From assembly GCA_013239625.1 (NCBI GenBank), contig MU056050.1:4597366-4661365 (forward strand): DNA of 64,000 nucleotides, read 5' to 3'. Below are positions 38,986 to 53,334 of this stretch, one piece after another; position 1 is the first letter of the stretch, and every line of letters starts with the position of its first letter. The notes beneath the pieces were generated by a model that saw only the letters and a program-made list of their open reading frames with translations, searched no databases and had not been told where the DNA came from. Both the position numbers and the translations under genes were made by a program. Origin of the DNA: Lama guanicoe (taxonomy: Eukaryota).

Positions 38986-39394
38986 TAGAGTTCCCCAGGT
39001 GAAATCTGAAATTGGCCCCTGTACTCAGAGGCAAGGAGAGACCAAAGAAAGAGGCAGACCACCCCAGATTGGCGGGTGGCAGTTTTAATAAGCAAGGGAA
39101 CTTATATATGAGGTTCGTTTAAGTGGCCACAAGACAAGTAGGTCTCTACACCTACCAGTCAGAACCTTAAAATTTACATAGAGGCCTTAACTGGGTTCGG
39201 TCATGCATTCAATACAAATGGTCTCAACAACACCTTACTCTCTCAAGGCTGCATCTTTAAAACAGCTCCTACTGTGGGAATGGTGGGCAGAACATATAAT
39301 CCATGGAAAAGGGAGGGGGTGAGGAGCCTCTGATTGCCCTGGTCCAGTTCTCAGGTGAACCAGTGGTCACATCCTCTCCATGAACTCTGCCAAT
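38986..39394 (-). mobile_element. ERV LTR-like element
   Basis: About 400-bp GC-richer block in AT-rich DNA; gcaaggagagaccaaag...ttttaataagcaaggg arrangement typical of an antisense LTR U5/R. Confidence 0.55.
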
Positions 39395-39984
39395 AAGCAT
39401 CAAAACATAGACATACATACATATATACAAAAAGCAAGCTTTTGCTGTGTTTCGTATTACTGTGTTTCCTCTATTCATTAGTAGAGTATGTGCTTCATTT
39501 GAATATATTTTCAATCCTTTTGTTAATAAAATTAGTTATAAGGGGGAAACTGGTTGAAAATGTAAAGAAAGAAGAGATTTATTTCATAGATTAAACAAAA
39601 TAAATACTAAAACATTTAAAAATATGGTATAGAGGGCTGGTACAATAAAGCAAAAATCAAAGAAATTAGCACTAAAAATTGAAAAGAAATAAATGTATAA
39701 GTGGAATAAGGTTGAGAAAGTGGAAATATGGCAATTTTATATTTGGAAGCCTCTATGTAGCCTTGTGGCTGGAGACCTACTGTCTTCTTATTAAAAGGAA
39801 ATATCCATTTAGATCTTCTCTGATCATGCATTGATATAATCTCTGTTCAGTGTAATGTTTTGAGTCATTATAGAGTTACAGCTTCTGTGCTAGATAACAA
39901 AGACACAAAGATTAATTAACAGGTTAAAAATTAAGAACAAGAAGCAGAGCTAATACATTCCCACCGGCATGTTCATAATCATCA

Positions 39985-40140
39985 TGCAACCTACCATATA
40001 GTAAGCTTTTACATTGTGCACTATTCATTCACTTTCACATTTATTCATCACAACCTTATGAGGCAGTTATGTTTATTGTGCCTGTATTACAGATGAAGAT
40101 ATTGAGGCTTAGAGAAGTCAACGAAACTCTCAAGGTAAAA
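39985..40140 (-). mobile_element. MIR SINE
   Basis: cacaaccttatgaggcag...ttacagatgaagatattgaggcttagagaagt. Confidence 0.75.
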
Positions 40141-40337
40141 AACAGACTAAGTCTGTATGAATCCATGTTGCACCTTGACATAGTACAATGCCTCTTATAT
40201 AGAAAACATTATTTAAGCATTAACAATTTTTACCATGCTTATTATTATTACTTTGTTTCATTATTTAAATATTAGATATTTTTAAAAACTTTTATAACAA
40301 TAAGTAATGTACATACAGATTTCTGCAAAAGATGCCT

Positions 40338-40372
40338 TGGTAGAATGTTGTCTTATGGTAGAATGTTGTCTT
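40338..40372. repeat. 18-bp tandem duplication
   Basis: tggtagaatgttgtctt(a) twice. Confidence 0.9.
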
Positions 40373-41669
40373 CTGATTTTTTTCCCATTTACCTATAAAT
40401 TATTAAGGGGATTTATTGAATAAAAAATTAAAAATTAAACTTGGAATATCTGATAGTCTGCATAGGAACTAAAAAACTGGTTGAAAAGTAAGAAATATAT
40501 CAGTCCACAACCCAGCTTGGCAAGTTTTAAACATTATCAGTATAGTGAATATTAGTATTATTGTATCATTTGAAGTAATAACGAATTTTTGATACATGGC
40601 TGCTACCATTTACACTTGGCAAGGTAAAAAGATAAAGGCTGGCCTAATCAGAATGCCAGTTTGTTAAATACTGAAGGCTTATTTTCACATCTGCTGTTAA
40701 TAAAAACAAAGACATTGAAACATAACCCAATGTACAAGGTAAACTGATGTCTATTAAAATGTTGGAAGCAATGTCTATTGCATTAAGTAAAATGATAGGG
40801 AAATTTATAAAAAAGTCAAAATAAAGGAGAAAGTTAACTATATAAGAAAAGCAGTATATGTAGCAGAAGAGGACACTGAAAAATAATCCAATATTTAGAA
40901 TAGACTTTATCATTTTGAAATTATTATTATGATATTTTAATCTGGAGAACTTAAAATGCATTCTATTTTTTTGAATTGTTACTATATATTTCTTCGTTGC
41001 TAACATATTTCTGAGTTTCATGCCATCTTATTACGGGGATTTTAGAAATTTGGGGAGGAAATTTAATCCTTTTTGTCTCTAAAAGAGCTCTTAACCAAGT
41101 TTTGGAGGCCACTTGTCCATTAATGATAAACTCTCCTCCATCAAGGTATAGAATAAGAAATCATTGGCAGTGACAACACTTCATTGAGTAATTTGAAACT
41201 GTTGCCTTCCAGTTGGGCTGATGTGATTAATTAACCCATCAGCAAGCTCAGCTGTCTGATGAACAGTAGCTGTGCAGCACTGAATCTCAAGGAGAACTTG
41301 AACTTTTCGAGGATCTTGAACTGAAATTTCTTCTCAGACAAGTGGCCTAATTGAATTTCAATGAGCTGGAAATCAAAGCTTTCTAGACTTTTTAATGTCT
41401 TTAAGTACAATTCTTTCCTTTTAATGTTTTTCCTCTTAAGCGTTACAAGTGTGTATCAGATCATATATCTTGAAATCTTTGGTGCTCCAAATTTTCCAGA
41501 ATAAAATTGTTTGCTTTATTTCAAATCAACTTTATTGCTGAGGCTCACTTATGTGCTATTAGTATTCCTCTTATTTGCAGTTTACTGTATCAAAAATTAT
41601 AGAAACAATGTTTTTTAAAAGGTGTGCAACATCACTTTGTGAACTTGTTATTAAACGAGTCTGAAAACC

Positions 41670-41830
41670 AGTGCGTAAGAACCATCTGGTGACTTGACAA
41701 CAGAGATATGTTGACACCACCCCCCAGAGATTTTGATTCAGCCAGACTGAAGTAGAGCCATGAAGTTTGTTTGGAAAATCATCTCAGGGGAGTCTAATGC
41801 ATAGCTAGATTTGTAAGCATAAGCAACAGT
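41670..41830. mobile_element. hAT-Charlie MER5-like relic
   Basis: ccccagagattttgattcag...caggggagtctaatgca resembles MER5. Confidence 0.55.
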
Positions 41831-42309
41831 AGTGATAGGTTAGGTTTCCTTGTTCAGATTTAAAAATATATTTTTATACATTTGTGTTTGTACTTTTATT
41901 AAGAATTTACTGAAAGTTTTTTACTGAAACTTCAATCATCTGTCTTATTCAGAGGGTCCATCTGATTTATTAATTATAATTGAAATAACACTAATATTAC
42001 AATAATTCTAAGGAAGTCACTAAATCAACAATGTGCTGCTACATCTATTTATAAAGCAAATACGTATATTTAAAGCAACTCATACTGTCTGTTGAAATCG
42101 AGTTTAAACACAGGAACAAAAATAAATACCACATAGGATGAAGCAAATGTTCTATCTAATTCAATATCTCTCTTCTCGTGATCTAAGTCATTTAATGGGA
42201 GAACAGAGTTGCTGCTATCCACAGTATCAACCACATGGAAGAGCAGGTCCAATAGAGAGACCATAATTGCTCTCAGTAATGTAGACCTCCTTTAAAAAAC
42301 TTTACCTCT

Positions 42310-42685
42310 GTGGCAGAAACTGTAGGTCAGCTAAACCCAATACACATTTCCCAAACCTTTATATCCTACTTCCCTCCAATCTCTCTGAGGTCAAAAGTAA
42401 ATACTTTTTAACCTGAGTTTCACTTGTATCTATGGGTCAGGTAAATAAACATGTAGATGGGCTGGGATATAAATGGGATGCCTGGAGTTATGGCAACCAT
42501 TTTGCAACCTGTGGGAAAGAATGATAAAAATGACAGAAATTCCAGCCTGACTGTATTGAGTCAGTGAATCAGCTTCCATAGTAAACAATATGAAATGTCT
42601 TGTTATTTGAGAAAAGTAGACTCCCATATGACACAGTGTTATTTGAATTTTCTCTTGCAGCCAAAACTGTTTCTACCTAATGTAA
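42310..42685 (+). mobile_element. Old MaLR LTR (MLT1J/K-like)
   Basis: tgtggcaga start, gatgcctggagttatggcaaccattttgcaacc, cttgcagccaaa end. Confidence 0.6.
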
Positions 42686-43567
42686 TGTGAAAACATCCCT
42701 AATTTAGCTCATTCAGTCACAGTAAAATCAAAATCATCTTGCTCCATCTAAAAAGGAATGGATGTTCTGTTTCTGAAAAAGTGAAATACATGGTCAATAC
42801 TGCAGTCTTTCAGTATTTAAAAGGTTGCCGTTTATGGAATTTTTTTCCACCGATGATTGTTAACCATTAAGGTTAGGACATAGTATTTTCATAATACTTA
42901 GAATGATGTTAATATATACAGCTCATTGTTTAGGTCTTTGTATTAATTTACCTATGTAATGAGATTCTCATCATTATACATAAAGGCCATCTTTATTCAT
43001 AAGTCATGTTTTGCCTGGGATGTTCAAGCATCTAAAGGTGATTCTAAAGTTGCACAATGTGTGTGTGTTTGTTTTTAATCATCAACCCTGATACACCAAG
43101 GTAAGTGATATAATCATTTATTTTTGCTGGAAATGCCTAGCTGATTGATTGTTTGGCATTGGTCAAACAGAGAGTGATGAGAAAACAGTTCTTATGCACT
43201 TCCATTAAGAATCTAAACTAACAGGAATAAAAAGAAAGAAACATCACAATTTCTCTTAATAACTCATGATAGCCATGGGCAGTGACATCCTTCTTTTCTT
43301 AAATTACTTGTGCTCTAATTTCATTCAATCTCCTCCTTTTTATTCAATCCTCAGAACAAGTAACTGTCTGATCAGCAGCATTTACATTCTTTAAGCTAGT
43401 TACTGGAACTGCAACCACTGGATGTTAATGCAGAGAACCGAATAAGAACAAAAAGAGTAAGAATGATTTCTTTTCTTTTTTTTTTTTTTTGTATCATGTA
43501 AAAATACATTTTTGTTACTTTATCATTTTTCAACACTTTTTTTTAATTTTATGGAATTTTTTTCCAA

Positions 43568-43622
43568 NNNNNNNNNNNNNNNNNNNNNNNNNNNNNNNNN
43601 NNNNNNNNNNNNNNNNNNNNNN
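43568..43622. other. Assembly gap (55 N)
   Basis: Run of n characters. Confidence 1.
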
Positions 43623-44444
43623 TTTTTTTTTTTTTGGTATCATGTAAAAATCCATTTATGTGACTATATCATTTTTCAACACTTTGTTTTAATATCATGG
43701 AATTTCTTTCCAAGTATATAAAACTTATATGAGCTACATAATACCGAGAGGACCCTTAGCATTTGTCAAACACCAGATTACGATCATTTGTAAATGACAT
43801 TTTTTTTTTGCATGAAGGTCGGTAGCGATACTGAATTACTGCATTCAGTATTTCAGCAAAAATGCTGAAGCCACTTTATTCTCCAAAGTAGGTAAATGAT
43901 GCCTACTAAAGAATAAATAGTACTATTAAGTGCTAAAGGAGAGAATTAACAATGATTGATCATTGTAGGGCTAGGTACTTTCTCACACACGTAATACTGA
44001 CAAGGGTGGGCACTATTACTATTACCATTTTAGAGTGGCTTGGAAAGACTAAGGTACACAGTCAATGCCACATAGCCAGTAAGCAGAGAAGCCTGGTTTT
44101 AGACCCTATTTGATGTTAGAGTCAGTGTTGTTTTCATAAACCTTTGGTGGTTTTCTTTTTCATCTATTTTCAAAGGTTACTTGTTTGTTTTACATCTAGA
44201 CTATTCCAAATTTCATATGTATTTGGTCCAAATCAGCATTAAAATAGCACAGCTGTTTATACTTAATAGATGGTCAAAATTAATATTTCCTAAAATAAGA
44301 AGAGTTAATATATTAAAATATGTAACTGTTCTATAGAAACATGCATTTAGTAGTCATACGTGGCTTAGAAACTACAAAATTTAGTGAGCACCTTTCATGT
44401 AATGTGTGTATATTGTCCATTTGGGGAGGAGTAAAAATCAATAG

Positions 44445-44590
44445 TTTATAATGGTTTAGAGCATGTGCTCTGGAGTCAGCCTGCCAGAGGTGGAATTTTG
44501 GTTCTATCGCTTACTAGCTTTGTAACTCAGAGAAGAATTTAACCTTTTGTGTTCAATTTCCTCAACTGTAAAATGTTAGTAATCATTGGC
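44445..44590 (+). mobile_element. MIR SINE
   Basis: gctctggagtcag...cttactagctttgtaact...caatttcctcaactgtaaaatg. Confidence 0.75.
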
Positions 44591-45587
44591 CTTACTGTTG
44601 ATTTCTTGCTTTCTTCTGGGAGGCCAAACTCTTTGCAATGATGAAAAGAGTAAGAAACTAATCCAAGCAACAGGCTGTCTAAATAACCCATTACTGAGGA
44701 TATAGGAGAGTGAACATCTCCCATTTATCAGTCCTTGGTTTCATTCCTCGAGCTATGGTCAGCGAGGCAATGGGAATATATAACCGTCAGACTTTAAAAA
44801 TACACTGTTTTGACCAGAGTTGTGATTGGGAGGAGCAATAAGTCTTCAGTTTCCTAGATACTTTCTTGAGTGTGGTGTAGGGAAAAGGATGAGAGAGTCA
44901 GGAAATAATTCCTGGATTTTGCAGTAAGTTTTGAATAAAGAGTAGCTTTCAGCTAGACAAAGAAGGAGGAAAACACATCCTAGGTAAGAGGAATATGATA
45001 TGTAAAAGTCTACAGAAATAAACCAGCATAATAACATTTTTAAGAAAGTACAAGTAAATGTGGGTGGATGGGACAAAAATTATACATGGCAGGACTTGAG
45101 AGCAAAGAAATAGGTAGGGGTCAGATCATGAAGAGTCTTGGTGTCAAACTAAGGAGTTCATTCTTTATATTTAAAGTGATTGGAGCAGAGCCAGATTAGA
45201 GGCAATGAGACCATTTAAGAAACAATAATGAGATCTAGGTAAAAAATGAGACATCAGAAAAATGCCCTTTATTTATGTTGATGTGTTTGAATGTGTCTAG
45301 GGAAAATAGGGGAAAGAAAGAATGAGAGAAGAATCCAGATTGCCAGTGTTACTGTCAAGGGAATGGGCTTGGTGGGGAGGGAAATACTATCGATTGTTAT
45401 TTGATTTCTTACAGCAGGTATGTTTTATTTTTCTAAAAGAAGTGTATTTTAAAAGGTCAATAAATTAGGAGCCTGTTTATTAATTCTTTCTGCTTAAGAA
45501 ATGTGTGCATCATCTCTCTCTAAAGTTGCAGGCATTTTCTTTTGTCCACATATACAAAATAACCAATAGCATCACATATTTTAGCTT

Positions 45588-47182
45588 CTGTGGCTTATGT
45601 TTTTGTTGTCATATCCCAGGAATTGTTGCCAAAACCAATATTAAGAGGATTTTTCTCTGTTTTCTTCCAGCAGTTTTATGGTATTAGGTTTTATGTTTAA
45701 GTCTTTAATCCATTGTGAGTTAATTTTTGTGAGTGGTATAAGATAGGGGCCCAATTTTATTCTTCTGCATGTGGTTATCCAGTTTCTCCAATACCATTTA
45801 TTGAAGAATCTGTCATTTTCCCATTGATTATTCTTGGCTCCCTTGTCAAATGTTAGTTGACCATATATGTTAGGGTTTATTTTGGGGCTCTCTATTCTGT
45901 TAATTGGACTGTGTCTATTTTTATGCCAGTACCATACTATTTTAATTACTGTAGCTTTGTAGTACAGTTTGAAATCAGGAAGTGTGATGCCCCCAGCTTT
46001 GTTCTTTCTCAGGATGGCTTTAGCCATTCAGGGTCATTTGTGGTTCCATACAAATTTTAGGATTATTTTTTCTATTTCTGTGAAAAATGCCACTGGAAAT
46101 TTGATAGGGATTGCATTGAATCTATAGGTGGCTGTAGGTAGTATGGACATGTTAACAATTTAATTCTTCCAATATATTAATCTAGAACATCTTTCCATTT
46201 GTTTGTGTTTTCTTCAGTCTTTCATCAAAGTTTTGTGGTTTTCAGTGTATAGACCTAACAACTCCTTGATTAAACTTATTCTTAAGTATTTTATTTGTTT
46301 TGATGGTATGTGTACGGGATTGTTTTCTTTTTCCTTTTCAGATATTTCATTGCTAGTGTATAGAAACTTAAGTGAATTTTGCATATTGAATTGGTATCTT
46401 GCAACTTTACTGAATCCACTGATTTGTTTTAAAAGTTTTTTTGGTGGTCTTTAGAGTTTTCTACATATCATATTGTGTCATAAGCAAACAAAAACAATTT
46501 TATTTCTTCCTTTCAGATTTGGATGTCTTTTGTTTCTTTTTCCTGCCTGCTTGCTCTGGTTAGGACTTCCAGCACGATGTTGAGTAGAAGTGGTGAGAGT
46601 GAGCAATTTTGTCTCTTCCAAACTTTCATCATTGAGTATGATGTCAACTGTGGGTTTGTCATATATGGTCTTCATTATGCTGAGGCATTTTTCTTTTATG
46701 CCAAATGTATTGAGTGCTTTTTTCATGAAAGGATGTTGTATTTTGTCAAATGCTTTTTCTGCAAATATTGAGATGATTATATGATTTTTGTCTTTGGTTC
46801 TACTAATGTGTATTATGGTTATTGATTCATATATATTGAAGCATTGCAAGGGTAAATCTCACTTGATCATGGTGTATGAGTCTTTTATTGTGCTGCTGAA
46901 TTTTGTTTGCTAATAATTTGCTTAGAATTTTTGCATATATATTCATCAGGGATCTTGATCTGTGGGTTTTTTTTTTTTCTCTTGTAGTGTCTTTTTCTGG
47001 CTTTGGTATCAAGGCAATTTGGGTCTAGTAAAATGAGTTTGGAAGTGTTTCCTCCTCTTCAATTTTTGGGAAGAGTTTGATATGAACTGGCATTAATTTA
47101 ACTGTTTGGTAGAATTGAACAGAGAAACTATGAGGTCATGGATTTGTGCTTTTGGGAAGATTTTGAATACTGATTCACTCTC
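45588..47182 (-). mobile_element. Degraded L1 ORF2 fragment (reverse transcriptase and downstream region)
   Basis: Broken ORFs contain [43 protein letters not shown] and [23 protein letters not shown], all L1 ORF2 motifs, separated by frameshifts and stops. Confidence 0.95.
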
Positions 47183-49859
47183 AAAGATTTCATTTTAAAT
47201 TTCAGACCAGTTGCTGAAATTTATGTTAGAAATAGGTTATACCAGAGGAGATTTTTAGTCACATTTGTTTGGTTTGAATAAAATCAGGTTGTTACAAAGC
47301 ATATCTTGATTTCTTTTCACTCCTTCCATCATTCTAGGAAAGTACTTCTTAAAAAAAAATAATATCAATCAACTGAGATACTTTAACTCTGAGATTTCAA
47401 AATGGAGTAGTTTATAAATAGAATCTATCTCATTCCAATCAGAACCCAGATATCTTAAAATAAGCAATGGATATACATTAGATAAACATAATAACATTTA
47501 ACAAGCCCACAGAATATTGTCTTTTTTCCACATGCATAATATTAATAGGATTCTCATTTAAATGTAGTTTCCAAAATGCTACAGTCAGATAAGATACACT
47601 TAAATCCATGTGCTTTGACATCCCCTTTTTATATGAATTACATTAATCATTTAAAACAAAGGGGCCCAGACTTTCAGAGAGGCAACTATTAAAAATGCAT
47701 TCTCCTATAAAATTTATAATGAATACTTGCTTCTGTTATTAAGGAAGATAAATTAACCAGTATGGGAGAATTAAAAATAAGATAATAATACATTGCACTC
47801 AACATTTTATCCAGACTTCTATCAGTAATATTCCTTCCCTGTTTTAAATATGAATGCAATTTGCATAGTTATTATATTTTAAAGTAGTAAAAAAAAAGCA
47901 AGAAAAACATTTTTGATATTAAGAACAGAAGCACCATTTTGCTGTATTTCTTCTTGTTTGTTTTTAACATAAAAATTGGTGAATCTATGTCTCTATGAAC
48001 AATTGATTCAATAATTTTGACCTAACTAGTGAGCCAAGCACCTTTTTCAGCTCAATGTGACTGTCAGAAAAATTAATTTACTAAACTTTCTATATTTTTT
48101 CTGAACTGATATTTTTTGTAATGGAATATGGAAGTAAATTCAACAAAAAATGGTCAAAATATTTGTACATGTCATTTAGAGAATAAAATGCCATGCAAAC
48201 AAATACTCAAGTGAATGGTGTGTCTGTGTGTGTGTGTATTTTTATGAAGGTTAAAAATGAGAAAAGAGAACAGAAATTAGCTAGAAATAACCATGGCCTT
48301 ACAATTAGAAAGAATTCCAAACTATAACATGGTGGGGCAATTAAGAAGGTAAAAGATGCAGCACATTATAAAGTCCTAGATTTTCATTTGAGTCATGACC
48401 CACATTTTGTGTGAATAATCATGAATGAGGCATTAACACTGGGACTTTTAAAGATAATCGTGCAATAAAGCTAGATATTGGATTGACAGTTGTAATGTAA
48501 TTATTTAAGTGTACTAGAGAAGTTCAGTGATCATTTGTTATTTCTGGGGGTTTTTTGTCCATTACTCACCCACTTAACCATCTTAAGTGCTCCACGACCT
48601 TTCTGCTCATTTATATGCATGCAGCAGGGGACAAATGAACCAACATTTGGGCTGGCTGACCTTTCTTAGATTTCTGAGATCTCAAACTCTCATTTATTTG
48701 TCTTTTAAAAGTGTTAAATCATAAAGCAGGTCATAAAATGAAGAGTTAACTTTGGCAGTGACATATACTCATGCCTTCATTGAAGAGAGGTCTACATGAG
48801 GGCCATTCCTTTCCTGTTCAACAACTGTGCAGTGATTTCCAGACAGGTTATAGGAAACTCCAGAGGTAGATGATTTTAACCCTTAATTAGAAAGGATTTT
48901 GTTCTTCAAAGTGAAAATCAGCACAATCAAAAATTATCTTTTCCTTGTATACTACTTAAATCATGTGTTTTGATTTAATTGGAAACTGTAAGTGGGAGAA
49001 GGCAAACTCATTTAAGTGACACATTTGAAGCCAAATAGGTATTATGATACCACCATTGCTTATATTCTCCTCTATTTTACTAACATTTAAGTTAATGTAT
49101 TTTGTTTTATAGTAGTTTCTTGCATTGTTTCTATTTTCCACAACTAGACTATGACATACATGAGGGCAGAGTGTGTGCCCCACATCTTCTTTGCTACTGT
49201 TTACTGGAACTGCTCCATAACAAAATTAGAATACCAGGACTACACATTTTCAATAACGATGATGATATATTTTAATAGTTTAAAAAAAAACCCTACAATT
49301 CTCTAAGCATGTCTTGCCATTACACCAAAGGAGTAAAAAAAAAAAAATTCATGTCAGTTTTTTGCTTATGGACTTGCAGAATGCAAGACATCACCTTTAA
49401 CAATTCAATTATCTAGCTGCACGTAATTATTTGGTCAGTGAATCTAGAGAGGGCATTGAAATGACTATCAGGAAAACAGTCACACCATTGTCTTTGAAAG
49501 AGTAGTTTCATAGCTAAAGAAGGACATTTCTCCATTAGAGATTGGTCTGTTTTGCAGTTAACACACAGCAGGGGCTGATGTGTGAAGTTTATTTTCATAA
49601 GAAAAAAATCTTTATTTTTTAACATTAATTTGCAAATATTTTACATCTGCCAACCATTCAGTGAACACTTATGGTCACGTTAACAGTATCCATTATCCTT
49701 TTCCAATTGTCTGGGGATTCCTGTGGTTCTTAGGAAGCTAATTCCATCCATATACCCAAGAGGAGATGAGGAGGTAGTGTAAGCCAATCAGTGCACCGCT
49801 TCTCTGCGCATACGCTGATCTAAGCTGCTTTGCTCTCAGTAATTCACACTTCTTTACTT

Positions 49860-50170
49860 GCAACTCTGGGTTTCATGACTTATAAGGCCCTATGCAAGCT
49901 CCACCTTTGTTAACTCTCTGATCTCATCACCCCTTACACACTCTTGCTCACTTCCCTCCAGCCACACAGATTTCCTCTCAAATAAGTCAGTCACATTTCT
50001 GCCTTAAGAGTCTTTGCACAGGTTGTTTCCTCTGCCCAGAATACTCTTCCTCCTGATAACTGCAAGGCTGACCTCCTCACTACTTCAAGTTTTTGTTAAA
50101 ATTTACCTTCTCAATGAAGCTTACCCTAAAGATACCATTTAGAGTCTGCCTACTCCAGCACTCTCAATCA
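49860..50170 (+). mobile_element. L2 fragment
   Basis: ctccagccacac...ctttgcacaggttgtttcctctgcccagaatactcttcc L2 motif. Confidence 0.65.
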
Positions 50171-51591
50171 TTGTCTGTTTTGTATTATATATTTATAGTA
50201 AAAATGCTTTATCCCTCACAGCACTAACCCTAATGCTGGACAAGTCAAAGATATTGAAAAACTACTGATTGGATTAGTCTATGAATATAGCAAATCCATG
50301 TAAAATTCATGAGATAGTTAACTTTCCAAGCTAAGAAAATGAATGTAAACAAGAACATACGTGGAATTCAGTTTCATACGAGCATAAATGTGATTCACAC
50401 ATACAAACACACACAACATAAGACATTAACTTTAAGTTGTGTTTCATGAAAGTGTCTCAGAATCTGCTCATGAGAGTAGAAAAAAAGGAAATGGTGGAAC
50501 ATGTGGGGTACTAGGCCCTCAGCCTCTGCTCAGTGAGAAAGGTGGAGATTAGAGGCTCGGTGCACTTCTAACACATAACTTAGGAATTTGAAAAAACTTG
50601 TTTCTACTATAGGTATTAGATACATGATCAATTGTTACATTCTGAAGTGAAAAATAATTTTCTCTGGATCACTCTCACAATTATAAAATCACAGTATATT
50701 TTGTTTACACTTAGGGACAAGATATTTCAAGACTCTCTTGGAGTTAGTTGTATGACCAAAAATATGAAAATAAGAGCCTAGTTTCATAATGTATTGATGT
50801 TAATAAGGTCCTTTCACTTGATAAATTATTTACCAATACCAAGTTTCCCACATCCTATCAGAGTGACACTAATGCCTCGAAAGGAACAACAGAATAAAAT
50901 ATCTATCAAGGATGTCTTCTGGTCATTTGGAAACACAGAATTTATTCTCTCAAAGAAATGGTACCTTGCCATGTACAATAGACTCCTTAGAGCAATGATT
51001 AAGTGGATGATTTATCAATGGATCACAGCAAATGGAAATGTTTCTTTTTAATAACAATAATGTTTGTCTATCTAAAATTAAATTCACTTATTCACCCTGA
51101 CATAGACACACAAAATGTGTGTGTGTGTGATTTCTCACCTTGCTTGTTGAATTATCAAGGTAATTTAATGAAGAGTCAACTTTTCCATGGTAAAAATATA
51201 CTCTATCTTGGTATTACATAGTGACATAAATAACATCCTTGCCATAGATAGCTGTTTGAAATGCTTCCCAGTAACTAAATATAGTCTCCCTTGGGTGTGA
51301 ATTTAGACAACAGTGTCAAAACTATGTGCTCAGTTATTTTCATCTTCATCATTTACTGATAGCTTGAACAATTAGGCTAATATTTTATACAAAGAATTTA
51401 TCTTAAAAAGTTATTGGAATCTTTCATTCAGAGATAACAAGTACATTCAGTCCCTGGTATGTTTTTTCAAGAGCTGAAACAGTTGTTCTTTGACAATTTG
51501 TAGCTACAGCATTTATACTCATTACAAAGCAAATGGAAATCATTTACTTACAAAAAGAACATAAAACTAAATGGCAACCCTTACCTTCTAA

Positions 51592-51636
51592 GTTGTTGTT
51601 GTTGTTGTTGTTGTTGTTGTTATTATTATTATTATT
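51592..51636. repeat. Compound microsatellite (GTT)10(ATT)5
   Basis: Read directly. Confidence 0.95.
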
Positions 51637-53334
51637 TTAGGAGAAGCAGCAGCCTGAGACCAGGCCACAAATGACAGACTATGTCTCAGTTTCTACTTAA
51701 CCTGATTGAATAAGAGCACAGTTCGTCCTTATCCACTCCCAGTAGCCTTATTGGAGCTAATACAACAGATGTTTTGTCACCCAGCTAGTCACATGATTGC
51801 TTTTCACTCTGGTGAACATATTTTGGAAACAAGTTAATGAGGCGATCTGCAACAAACACACTCGGTCCCCTTTGGCTGATATTTCTTTGCTGATGTCATT
51901 TATCCTTCATTGTTAATTAAATGAAAATAAGCAGCAATTGCTTCCCCAGTATCGTACATTCAGAAATAAATCTGTGTAATGTGGTGTATAAATTTGTTTT
52001 TGTTGAAATGTTCAAGTTCAAGTGACAAACTTTAAGTCTGTGCTAATTGTTTAAATGAGGGCACAGGCATTTATGAAGACTCAAGCTCATTATAAGAAAC
52101 ACTGGTGTGATAAGTGTATGTTCTTAATGGAACCCGTCTCTCCATTTATATGATACAAACATTTTGGTTAATTGTGGGATTTATGAACCAACATATCCCT
52201 GTTGAAATGCTAATGATCTAATGTGACTGACATTATCTACATAACAAGTGACTAGACACACATCTCCGGTATGTGGTAGGCGATGTCCAATAGCTAGCCT
52301 TATGTTTACCTATGTATGTGACACGAAAACCCAGCCCCATGTGCTGCCAGTCACTGGCTCTGAGCTAATGCTTTTTCTTAGTGGACATCTAATTTTAAAA
52401 TAATGATGAAAATGAAAAAGGATATTTCTTAAAGAGTAATGTGTCCAGGGAGATCATAATTTTAGGATCAATTCCCTGCTTAAAAGTTATTTCTGTTACG
52501 AAGTTGGTTGAAATGCTTTTTAAATTTTTGTCTTGGTATCTACAAAGTTTTGCCTTTTAGCTACCCCTATTCTATTCCATCCTCTCAATCTCTGCTTCTT
52601 CTGGGAAGAGTCCACAAGAGCCTCATGGGTAAACTCCAAGAAAGATAAGAAAAGGAAAAGGTAAACAGTTTAAATTAGGTAAAGCCATTAGATGCAGAAG
52701 TTTTAAGATCATACTTCCTAAATTTTGTATTTAATGAACCAACACAAACTTTACAAAATAACTGAAAATGACTGTATTCCTAAGTTGTTTTGTTGGTAGT
52801 GGTATTTTCCAAGTAAGACCATTAAGACGACACAATAAATAAACCAACAACACTTTTGCAGTGGCTGGGCCAATGATCTCCATCCATTGCCTCCCTCAAA
52901 ATCATCCAAAATGAGTACATCTAAGGAAAAATTTGTCCTTATTGTATAAATGGCTCCTTTCCAATGATTCGCTGCCCCAGTCTCCCCTTAGATAGAATTT
53001 CTAGAAATATCCTTAACCATATTCTATCACATCTCTTAATAAAATAAATATTTTATTACTAATAAGATGGATCAAGTCTTAAGATATCTGTCCTGCACTT
53101 TAAACTCAACATATTCAAATCTGAACTCTGTTTTTACACTAACGAACTTATTCTATCCCCAATCGGTCTCTTGGGCTAGAAATCTGAGATTCACCCAGAA
53201 TTCCTTCCTCCTCAATCTCCAATATTTACTTGGTCACTAAGTCCAACCCATTCTATCTCCTTGTATCTCTTGAATCTGTGCACTCTAGTACCTTTTCTAA
53301 GGCTCTCATCATTTCTTTCTGTGTTGGACTGTGT

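Noticed and set aside
45641..47012. Reverse-transcriptase ORFs as a novel retro-system
   Set aside because: Ordinary frameshifted L1 ORF2 fossil.
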